From NCBI GenBank assembly GCA_002633005.1, contig NMRA01000608.1:29067-93066 (forward strand): a stretch of DNA of 64,000 bases. The letters are read 5' to 3'. The stretch comes from Phoronis australis. Taxonomy: Eukaryota; Animalia; Phoronida. The position numbers and the translations under genes were made by a program. Positions within the stretch are counted from its first letter, which is position 1. Each line of letters opens with the position of its first letter. Positions 26,590 to 37,619 of this stretch are shown one piece after another. The notes beneath the pieces are model-generated. The model did no database searches, was not told the DNA's origin, and worked only from the letters and a program-made list of their open reading frames with translations.

Positions 26590-26806
26590 GAACACCAATA
26601 CCTATGTCAAGTGTTCTGTGGACTTGATCAAAAGTTCGTGCGGTGCAGACGCTGGGGATCTTATGCTCAAACTGTCCAGGAAAATCTTCGATTTTACCTT
26701 CCGCCAGGTGAACTTTAACTGTCCAATCAACGGAGCTGTGGGAGTGACAGTCAGTCTGACGTCACTGCTGATATCATTTGTGATGCTGTTGAAAAACAGT
26801 TTGTAA
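26590..26806 (+). CDS. Gene A exon 5 (end of module 2 and GPI-type signal)
   Basis: ttctcttag acceptor; NTNTYVKCSVDLIKSSCG...NCPINGAVGVTVSLTSLLISFVMLLKNSL-stop; paralogous to 63558-63786. Confidence 0.9.
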
Positions 26807-26936
26807 GAGACCCAGCATTGAGCGTTGATGCTTTGCACATTTTGTCTAACGTAACGGTGGATAGGCAGTTTCTTAAAAATTAAGTAGGACACCTAAAATC
26901 ACGAGTCGGTGACAATTCGATTCAAACGTACTGAAG

Positions 26937-26946
26937 AATAAATAAA
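26937..26946 (+). terminator. Candidate polyadenylation signal of gene A
   Basis: Overlapping AATAAA x2 about 130 nt after the stop, followed by GT/T-rich sequence. Confidence 0.45.
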
Positions 26947-27539
26947 AGGATACAAGGATTTGTGACTGGTTGGACTTAAGTGAATAAATTTCCCTTGTTT
27001 TTGTATTTCTTTTGTAGTTAGACACCTGTAATCGTGTATTTGAAGTGTTGTCTTGTTGAGATGTTCTTATATTATTCGGATTGGCACCGCTAACGCTTTC
27101 TAAACTGCTGCACACGCTCAATCACGTGACTGATTAGTCGTACGATTTCTTGTACTTTGTGAATGACGCTGTGTGTTCCTATGTATCCTCCCGATTATTT
27201 CACGTATCAAAGATTCAAGACATAACCCTGATGGTTGTAAAACTAAGTGAAATGCGTCGCGCTGGTGTTAAATTCGATATGCTGGTTGTAAGCATTATTG
27301 TCAGACATGTTCCAGGCCTAAGTTGAGATTGAAGCGATGAAATATACGTTTCTCTGATATAAGTTCCTTAAAGTAGATAATCGTGTGAAGTGATATCTCT
27401 CTAAGTGCTAATTGTATTGCTATCTAGTAGTCTTGTCAAGTTTGCTTATTTTCACTTTGTAACGTAAGAGGCTGTAAGTCTAGAAATAAAGTGCTAAAAT
27501 GTACGATCCTCATTTACTCATGAGTCTTCCATGTATTAA

Positions 27540-29948
27540 TTTGTCACACTTCTCATTGGGCCATTTCAACTAAGCATTCAAATCAACTGTCTGTGAGAGA
27601 ACTACTTGAATAATAACGACTTGAAGGGATGACACTACACGCCTTGCGCTTAGAGGAGACTTTTCATATTGGCCCTCTTCAAAGTAATAAGAGCGAGAGA
27701 GCGAATCCCCTAGATCCCGACTCTGATTTGATGGTCGGATATTTACTGACACATAAAACGAGTGGTTCATTAACTTAAAAACAGGGGACTCGGCCTATTC
27801 AAACAACGGGAGGGGTTGACAATGAGATTAAGCTCACTTATTTAGGTTTTTGACATCGGCTGGAATCGAAGTTCTACCTCTTAGTCAGTCGCAGCCACCG
27901 ACTATGCAGCCGCGGATTCTTCAGAGTAATGGGAAATGTATCGGACATGCATGGGCGGCGCACCATAAGGATCTATGCTGGCTATATAAAAAACACTGCA
28001 TGTGGCCTGATGTCATTTGCGGTGCATCAGGCGTGTACAGGCCTCATGGTTGGGCCCATTGCACAAAACACCTGTCAGTGAGCTGAATCACGAGAGCCCC
28101 GTTATGGTTCTTCGTGAAAGAAGTTTTCAAGTCCAGTGGCGGATTTAGAGGGGGGCCATGGCCCCCCTAAAACTCCCAGATTCCATTTGGCAGTTCGGGG
28201 GTGCGAATGTCTCATGGGCAAAATCCTGGTTAATATTCTGCCCTTGCCTCCCCCCCTTAACTAAAAATCCTGGATGCGCCCATGAAGTCTACCAGTCTCC
28301 TTTAAAAAAACGGACAGACGTTTTCATTTGTTGCCATGCAATATATCTTGTAGGCATGTATCAGTGCCATCCCTTAGGTTGCTCCTTAGCCTATACAAAG
28401 CTGGGCAAGACTCTATAGCCCCCACTTTTTCAGTGCTGCTCTGCCCATGGTCTATTGGCGGTGCACCGCAGGGGGGCTACAATCCCACTTTTTTCAGTGC
28501 TGCGCCGCCCGTGACATGATGTCATTCATCTACGGACATTTGTTAGAGGTTTGCTTTTTTCTGTAAGCCATTACTAAATGCCACCTCACACCAGTGAAAA
28601 TTTGCGGCATTATGATAGCAGAAAAGAAAAAAAACGCTGTTTATACCACTAAGTTGAAACCGTATTGTCCGTATTATCTGGGATCTAATGGGTAACACTG
28701 AACGCCTGTGCACCAAAGACGCGATCGTCGTCGGNTTTGTCACACTTCTCATTGGGCCATTTCAACTAAGGATTCAAATCAACTGTCTGTGAGAAAACTA
28801 CTTGAATAATAACGACTTGAAGGGATGACACTACACGCCTTGCGCTTAGAGGAGACTTTTCATATTGGCCATCTTCAAAGTAATAAGGACGAGAGAGCGA
28901 ATCCCCTTGATCCCGACTCTGATTTGATGGTCGGATATTTACTGACACATAAAGCGAGTGGTTCGTTAGCTTAAAACAGGGGACTCGGCCTATTCAAACA
29001 ACGGGAGGGGTTGACAATGAGATTAAGCTCACTTATTTAGCTTTTTGACTTCGGCTGGAATCGGAAGTTCTACCTCTTAGTCAGTCGCAGCCACCGACTA
29101 TGCAGCCGCGGATTCTTCAGAGCAATGGGAAATGTATCGGACATGCATGGGCGGCGCACCATAAGGATCTATGCTGGCTATATAAAAAACACTGCATGTG
29201 GCCTGATGTCATTTGCGGTGCATCAGGCGTGTGCAGGCCTCATGGTTGGGCCCATTGCACAAAACACCTGTCAGTGAGCTGAATCACGAGAGCCCCGTTA
29301 TGGTTCTTCGTCACTCTCAAAGAAGATTTCAAGTCCAGTGGCGGATTTAGAGGGGGGCCAAGGGGGCCATGGCCCCCCTAAAACTCTCCCAGATTCCATT
29401 TGGCAGTTCGGGGGTGCGATTCTCTCATGGGCAAAATCCTGGTTAATATTCTGCCCTTGCCTCCTCCCCCCCCCTTAACTAAAAATCCTGGATGCGCACA
29501 TGAAGTCTACCAGTCTCCTTTAAGAAAACGGACAGACGTTTTCATTTGTTGCCATGCAATATATCTTGTAGGCATGTATCAGTGCCATCCCTTAGGTTGC
29601 TCCTTAGCCTATACAAAGCTGGGCAAGACTCTATAGCCCCCACTTTTTTCAGTGCTGCGCTGCCCATGGTCTATTGGCGGTGCACCGCAGGGGGGCTACA
29701 ATCCCACTTTTTTCAGTGCTGCGCCGCCCGTGACATGATGTCATTCATCTACGGACATTTGTTTGCTTTTTTCTGTAAGCCATTACTAAATGCCACCTCA
29801 CACCAGTGAAAATTTGCGGCATTATGATAGCAGAAAAGAAAAAAAAAACGCTGTTTATACCACTAAGTTGAAACCGTATTGTCCGTATTATCTGGGATCT
29901 AATGGGTAACACTGAACGCCTGTGCACCAAAGACGCGATCGTCGTCGG
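27540..29948 (+). repeat. ~1.2 kb direct duplication joined by one N (probable two-haplotype assembly artefact)
   Basis: 27540-28734 and 28736-29948 are near-identical with small indels; n at 28735 is exactly at the junction. Confidence 0.9.
27950..28513. mobile_element. MITE family W with a nested smaller MITE (28134-28284); both duplicated in the second copy
   Basis: Termini catgggcggcgca / tgcgccgcccgtg, TSD acatg; nested element cagtggcggattt...ggatgcgcccatg with TSD aagtc. Confidence 0.8.
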
Positions 29949-30199
29949 GCAAAATAGTGAATTTCAGTATGGCGCAGGTAGGCTATTTCGAAAGTCGGCT
30001 AGACCAAGTGGAAATCGCAAGCTTCACTAAACAAGTATTACTCAGCGAAGGCCGTTGAAGCAATGAACTGTGTGGTCCCTCCTTTAGCCATGTAGGAAAT
30101 CTTGATCGCTTTATTCAAATTAAACAAGGTTCCACAACAAACCTCGACTCAAAATTGGTTTTGAAAAATATCACTGCATGGGGCGTTATCTCATCGTCA

Positions 30200-30270
30200 C
30201 TTAACTCGTCGTAGCATAACTCTTCGTAGCATAACTCGTCGTCGCATAACTCGTCGTCGCATAACTCGTC
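30200..30270. repeat. 15-bp minisatellite, ~5 units
   Basis: Units of cataactcgtcgt(a/c)g. Confidence 0.85.
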
Positions 30271-31025
30271 ACATTTCCTTCACTCCCATTTGCATGCCCA
30301 TTTTGCGCGTAAGTCGTGGCTACTATCACCGTACGCGACTAGTTAAGCGAGGTACAAGTTTTAAAAATATGATTTTAAACTTGTCTCCTGTCAAAAGCCC
30401 TGATAGCTGAATTTCGCCCTGCATGTTTAGCTGGCTAAATACGAAAATCAGCATTTTACTTTCACAAAATAGGTCTTGTGATATTTCCATTCAGTGAGAA
30501 GATTCCATTTCCTTTACTAACAAGAATATCAAAACCATTTGCAACACGATAAAATACTTTAGAGACCCTGGGTTAGGCAACTATAAATTACGTATTCGAA
30601 AGTGACACATTGCCCTTGACCTTGGTAACGGAAATGGGATACTGTAAGGAATGTCTTCAGACCGATGTTATGAGAGTAGAAAGCCTACATCGGTTTTCGT
30701 CTTTAGACAGCTGAACTGGGAAAAATTAAGACCACTTCAAGCGGTTGGCCCAAACTTAGTCTTCATCCAGATTATAAGGGATTTCTTACATATACGCCAT
30801 GACAAGATACATCCAAAGGCATTATCATTGTCAAATCCAACGCATTCTCTCTTTCATTGGCTCATTGTAAATCACCATAACGCATCAGCATGCGAGATTT
30901 AATGACGTTTTGGTTTATAAAATGGAAGGAACTAAAGATGGCGAACAAGGTGACGAAATTTGTATTGCTGAAAATCTATCTGTCATGGCATGTACACAAA
31001 GAACGGGAATCTCTAATTTATTTAA

Positions 31026-32228
31026 AGGCGAAGGCAACCTTTTTCATGTCATTTTTTATAAAAATAAGGTTCGTTGATTATCCCAGACATATTTTTCACT
31101 TATTTACTGCTTTTCGTAATTTAATTAATTACTCGTCGTCTACTCCAAAAGTGACGTTTTGGGAGGCAATAATTTCACGCCAATTTCTTTTCATATAGTC
31201 TGACTGTGAGAGCAGTCGAGTCAGCATTGTTCTACCTCGGTTGTGGTAAGTTCGGTTGTCGTTTGCTTTTGCTTACGAGTCAGTCAACATGCCACACTGT
31301 TGCTGCGTTCTGGGGTGTACTCATTATCGTCTCACATACAGAGGAAGAACTGTGCCACTTGCCCGAGTGTCCCGCGACACACTCCCACTGGAGGGTGATC
31401 TGAGCACCCAAACTGCTTACATCCCGCCGTGTGACTCCCTCACCACACACCTGGCACCTTCCAAATAGCTCCAATACAAGTCCACAATAAACTTATCAAA
31501 CTTAGGCTCACCGATCTGTTCATTGGACGACGAACTGTCCTCTTCACTGGGTGTCGAAGTGGGCCTTTATTCACTCCCAATACTCAACATCGCTGCAGGG
31601 CTGCTTACAGGCTCTGGACTAGAGACAACAGCACAGGGCGAATCACTGCTAGTTCCCGGAATTGCACTCAATGGGGTACGTTCGGAGGCACGGGTGACAG
31701 TAGATGATGTGCCTCCGGTCACTGTATATAGTGGCCACAGCTCGCGAGGCTTCTCGCTTCAAAAACGCACTTCTCGGGGTTGGCGACGGGGCACTGCCGG
31801 GAATCAACAGCGACGATATGGTATCCTTCATCAGGCATTGTTTCGCAGAGACCTTCATCAATTCAGCGCACATATCTCTGTCATAATCTGACGGCAGAAA
31901 ATGCTTGCCACACACTCGGTAACCCTCCACTGCTTTGTACGTTGCGTGGACGGGTAGCGCTGTGTTCTTCACATGAACAAGCTAGCCACTAAAGTACGGA
32001 GAAGTGTGTCATCCTTCGGAAAGCGACGCAAGGTACCCGAAGCGCGTGTGAGACGATAATGAGTACATCCCGGCACGTTGACTGACTTGTAAACAAAAGC
32101 AAACTTATCACAACCGAGGTAGAACAATGACTGACTCGACATCTCTCACAGTCAGACTATAATGAAAAGAAATTGGCGCGAAACCTTATTTTTGCTAAAA
32201 GTGACATGAAAAAAGGTTGCCTTCGCCT
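31026..32228 (-). mobile_element. Non-autonomous TTAA-flanked DNA transposon with long TIRs and a decayed THAP domain (Kolobok-like)
   Basis: TTAA at 31022-31025 and 32229-32232; TIR aggcgaaggcaacctttttcatgtca; minus strand PGCTHYRL...RRFPKD.../RVCGKHFLPSDY...LMKDTISS. Confidence 0.85.
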
Positions 32229-34942
32229 TTAACGCCTGCGTAACGGCGTGTGTTGAAGGCACACGAAACTCAAACCCACGTTTTACCATCCACATGCTAT
32301 GCGAAGACGTTAATTTTCGAATTTAAAGAGAAAGACGAACGATTTTACTATCTCTTTTGATTAAAGTACTGTTTTCTGGTTATCACAGATAAATTTTCAA
32401 GTTAATCAAATTCCTCCAGGTTATAATGAAGTGTACACTTGCCAATCCAGAAGTGACGTTTGCGGCCCTAATCATTCCCCATGTGTCACTGAGTACGTCA
32501 TCTTCTAACAGATTAGGTAGTTGTTTGTCCAGAGTATCTCTGGGATTAAAATTATTTTATATTATGTTATATAGTGAACGCTGATAATTTTATTTTGACA
32601 GCGCTGTAATTTATGTTTGGACAATCCTGAATACCATGAAGTACAAGCGTAGTCGAAATGACACAGAATCAGAGCCAAACCTAACATGCGTTTGGTAACG
32701 GCTTCTAAATGCTTACACTGGCCTTAAGTCTGGAGTTAGCTTTTTAAGAATATTTTCAGCAATTATTTCTCCCGAGTCGCATAACAGTGAAGCATATATT
32801 GCAACCAAGCTCAAGTGAATTTCTCAAGTGAAAAAATAACCGCGAGTGGTGTGTCCACTGATAGTTGACTTGGAAAGTGATGAATACCATGCAATAACAA
32901 GGATTTCATTGATCGGCAATTTCATGTAGGTTTCATGAACCACTGGGTTATAAACCCGAAATATTAACAGATCATGGTATCCAAGTACCATGTATAGGCC
33001 GGGCTGAGCCTGATGAAGCAATATAAGGCCATTTCCATTTCACGAACTATGGTTAACCGGATATCAGGCGAATTAGAAAAAAGAGAAACGCGTACTAGTG
33101 CAAGCAAAGAATGTCCCTGGCTCGATCTAGACCACGATTTCGTAAAAATTAAATAATCAAATCAGTTGAGCTACATTAACGAGACATTGTCGGTTTTACG
33201 ACCGAAATGCGCATTACTGGGATTATTGTTGGGTGGAAGAGACTTCGTGGTGTCATAAACCTTGTGCTATACTACAACGAAATCCGTTGTGTTGTGTGTT
33301 TTTATCACAAATCGATAATGCTCGCCGCTGTGGCTGAAATCAATGCCGTTGCCTACGACGCTTTTAAGCGCCTTAAATACTTTGTCGGTTATTGGGTGGG
33401 ATTTAGCTCAACGGCCGTTTACATTATAGACAACAGATTCGCAACTCCGACATTTGCTTGCGTAGTATCTAGAGGTGGCGCCACCTTCTAAAAAGAGCAA
33501 CCTTAGCTTCCGGTGAGTGTAATTTGACTGGAAATTCTCGCATCTATTTTACTGTCCAGTACGACAAAAAATAATTTCGGCATTGAAACGCTGTTCAAAG
33601 ACTTTTAATAGTAGAACAGTTAGTATCGTGAGTACTTTTGGCAATACTACTGGTCATGTAATTGCAAAATTCAAACTTCACTGCATATAGTTACTTCGGA
33701 CAGTCGGGATTCATGGTTCACGTACTTAGAAAATTACGAAAGCGTATTTGTGCGCAAATCAAATTTCGAAAATCATCGCCTTCTTAAGATTCTGTGTTGG
33801 TCTCACGAGACTGATGCTCTTCACTAACAGCCATGATGAAAACCGACGTGGCAAGTGATGGAAAATTCTTTATGCTCCTGCCCTTTGCTTCTAACCTCTA
33901 ACCCATTTTTTACGAAAGGGGTTATTGTGGTCAGATGTCGTTGGATTAAAGTAAACTGAATGTAGAACCTGTGAAGCCGCGCTTATTCTCCATAACACGA
34001 GACAGGAACAGGACACACGGAATTCTGGGTAACTCATGAAATTAGGGTGGCACTGAACTTTTAGCCGGGCTGCGGCTGCGCCAGTTTGCACTCCCAAGAT
34101 ATTACAATTTTGGGGTAGGCCAAGTTTGGGGGGCATTTTGTAGGTAGGCATTGCATGGAGGCTCAGTGAATGTGGCTTGTTTGTATTTGTGAACATGCAG
34201 AGAATGAAAAAGGCCACTTTCTCAGCTGTAGCTGCACTCTTCTTCAAGGTGGTGGCCAACCGTAATGCAATTTGTGCATTGCTGTGTAGCAACTGAGAAA
34301 TTGGCCGCGATTTCAGGTAGCTCTCAAACAAGTCAGATTTGCAAAAAAATGGTTGACAGTACTTTTGGACAACATTTTTGGAATCGGTAGGAAATTTGCT
34401 TTCGGAATCTAATGTTGGCTTTAGTCGAGCATCGGTAGGGAAGTGGTGGTTTTGGGGTGAAAAGTGCCGATTTTGCATTTTTTGCTCATATTTTACTTAG
34501 TCTGACTTTGTTACCACTGTGAGTGAAAGGGTCAAAAATACAAGAGAGAATAAAATTTCTGTGCTCATCTGTAGGGCTTGTGATGTGAAATGACTCAAAA
34601 CTTTTCTTTATTTGCATGCAGTTTTTGACAGAGTGAAGAAAGGGTAAAGAGTCCATTGACGTGTGTTCTGACAGGTAAACCCCTGTGAGAACTGTTCAGT
34701 ACCTCGGGGAGATAGATGACCCACTAACATCGACCCATTAAATACTGCTGGAATTTCAAGATTCCATGGACAAAGCTTCACGCTCGATCTGAGAATAGTT
34801 TTTCTCACTGTCGTTTAACTTTCGACTAGCTGTGGCAATGGGCCGCTGATCGCCATTATACATAACATGACTGAGTACACTACCGATACCTATCTGACTG
34901 CTCATCACACAACACTACCGGTTTACGAGTGACGTAATGCAC

Positions 34943-35696
34943 TGTCACGTTTTTCCTCGTCGGTGTGTGGGTGGGCGCAGGTTGTTACAGACCGGTGCAA
35001 ATAGCTTTCGGTGCGACGATTGACTGAAGACTGGCTCGAGTTAATCCTTTATTAATCCCGACCGTACGTTCACAAGCTTGCTCAAACAAAACGTCCGACG
35101 TAATGTCTATTTATGCTCCAGCCAGTGCTGCGAAGCCTTGACTTGTGATGAATTTCTGGGACACGTTCAGCAACAGTTACACTGGTCGATTCAATAACCT
35201 GCTGTCTCTATAGCTGGCTCTCTATTGACTGCCGCTGTAACTGCTGATTCTCTTCACTGCAACTCAACTGTAATTCTCCTGATTAACTTTCGTGAACTGA
35301 CTTGATCCTCTCTTGAACTGACTTGATCTGAGTGACTAACACAAACCCGTGCTTATGTATTTATAGCCTGATGCATTGTTCTGGAACTTTTCATCAATTC
35401 AAGCACATTCTAGAACTTTCCTGAATCTACCCAACCATTCTACAAACACATACTAGTCTCTAAAATATTCCAGACTGCATTAATCACTGTCATGCTAGAG
35501 TCTTCTAGAAAGTTCCAGACTATACTGTAGTAAACAAATTACATCATCACTGTTCTGACCTCAGTCTTCTAGAAAGTTCCACACTATTTTGTAGTAAACA
35601 AATTACATCATCACTGTACTTAACTCTGGGGTCATGCCAATCAAACAGAATAACAAAACAATACAACTAAAAATACTGTCGGACTATATTCTGACA
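34943..35696 (-). mobile_element. Solo LTR (754 bp) nested in the Gypsy pol region
   Basis: TGTCA...TGACA termini, perfect TSD tgcac (34938-34942, 35697-35701); minus-strand TATAAA near 35360 and AATAAA near 35050; internal ~55 bp direct repeat. Confidence 0.85.
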
Positions 35697-36931
35697 TGCA
35701 CTATCGGGTGTAATGAAAGATTTGCACCTGTCAAACGACATTTGGCAATCCTTCGTCCACTGAAATTTTATGCCCTTCCTTAAAAGCAAATGCAGTGGGT
35801 GCAAAATGGTAGCCAAATTACCTGTTGGAGGTTCGCATAAAACCGCACTAAACCTAAGAAAGCCTGAAGGTTTTTCACATCCGTGGGTTTGGGGGCATTT
35901 ACAATTGCTTCAATCTTCTCTAGCATGGGATGAACGCCCGCTTTATCAACCATGTGGCCCAAATATTCTACACTCGGCTTCATGAACTCACTCTTGGCCC
36001 CGTTTGCCTTCACCCCGTGCTGCTTAAGTCTAGCAAGGATCAAACCTAATGTTCTGTAGTGACTCCACATACTTGGAAGCAATACAAATGTTATCAAGAT
36101 AAACTACGACCCCTTTAATACCACGAAGCATGGACTCTATAACCCCTGGGGAAATGTGTGGAGCGGACGCTATTCCAACTGTAGACGCTGTGGTTCATAC
36201 AGACCTCGCAAAGTGTTAAGCGTCAGCAATTTACGCGATTGGGCATCAACTTCTAATTGCAAATAGGCCTGACTTAAATCTATCTTACTAAAAACCAGTG
36301 AGAGCATTAAACAGGTCTTTTGGAGTGGGCATCTGGTACTGTTGCTCATCTAAGCAAGTATTTATAGTCACCTTGTAATCCCCACACATCTTAATCTGTC
36401 CATTGGACTTGACTATGTTCACTAATGGTGTCCCCATTTGGAGTAATCTGCAGGTTTTAGAATGCCTTCATCCACCAAGCGAAAATTTCTGCATTCACTG
36501 CATCTACTAGAGCATATGGCACCCTGACGTGGTTTGTGAAGAATCGGTTGGGCCTGTGGATCAATGCGAACTGTAGCCTGATAACCCTGAATAGTTCCAG
36601 CTGATATGAAAATATCATTTTCTGCCAATAATTTTGACAAAGGAGCTTCGTCATGCGACACTGTGTTAGTGACAATCTCAAAAACTGATGCAAGATCCAC
36701 TTTCATCGCTCTCAACCAATTTTGGCCAAGCAACCACCAAAGGTAACTGAAAAGATTGATCACACCACACAGCTTGAACAATACATTCACCCAACAATTC
36801 AATTTCTACCTGATTGTAACCAAAAACATGCCGGCTAGTCGGCTTCAATTTCAAACCTAATTCGTGAGCTGTGTGCTCCGGGACAATGGTAATGTCAGCC
36901 TTCCTGTCAACCAGGAAATTAGTAGCAGTAT

Positions 36932-37050
36932 CATGCGCGCACCCGGGGGGGGCTCGGGGGGGTCGAACGAGCCCCTCATTTGGCGAAGTGGGTAAAAAGG
37001 TCCGCCTCACAGAAACAAAAAGTCTGAGGAAAGGAGACCACTAAAAAGGT
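36932..37050. mobile_element. Partial MITE (family Z) within the Gypsy relic
   Basis: catgcgcgcacccgg...catttggcgaagtgggtaaaaaggtccgcctca matches 62441 onward. Confidence 0.7.
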
Positions 37051-37619
37051 GCAGACGTACTGTTCACAGTCCCGTTGCCCTTACTAGTATTCAGGAACTG
37101 AACTTTCGTGGCGGAGTCAGTGCTTGGGTGCAATTGTTGGCTGCTGCTTTGTGCCAATTCCAAAGATTGTCCTAGTTCGCACGCTTTCTCAAATGAGAGT
37201 TAATTCTGCTAACAGTTTCTTTTGAATCGCTCGTAACTTCAACTCGCACACTAATTTGTCTCTTAAGGCTTGGTCTAGGAAAGCTCCGAACTCACAATAT
37301 CGAGACACTTGCTTCAGACGAACAATGAATTCTCCAATGGTCTCGTCCGTTTCTGTTCTGCCTTGTAAAAGCGGAAACGTTCAGTCGTAATTATCGTACC
37401 AGGTACATAATGTTTTTTCAGCAATGCAACCAGTTGTTCTAAAGTACTGCCATCAGGCTTATCAGGCAGGCAAATTTTCGTTAAAACCCCAAAGGGCTCA
37501 AATCCCAAAGTCGCTTGGAAACACGCTTTTTGCCCCTCAGCTGCAACAGTGTTCGCGGTCACAATAACATTGACAATAGGTAGCGCTATTAACAGCCACT
37601 TAACAGTTAACAGCAGGTG

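Larger units (their letters stand above)
34720..37562 (-). mobile_element. Degenerate Ty3/Gypsy retrotransposon internal region (gag, protease relic, RT, RNase H)
   Basis: gag TTERFRFYKAEQ and CEFGAFLDQALRDKLVC; RT KIDLSQAYLQL, GVVVYLDNI, VEYLGHMVD, LQAFLGLVRFY; RNase H GSVLSHVM...RPIATASRKLNDSEKNYSQIEREAL. Confidence 0.9.

Noticed and set aside
33891-34478. 195-aa minus-strand ORF
   Set aside because: No recognisable motif, splice context or paralog; probably a chance ORF in repeat DNA.
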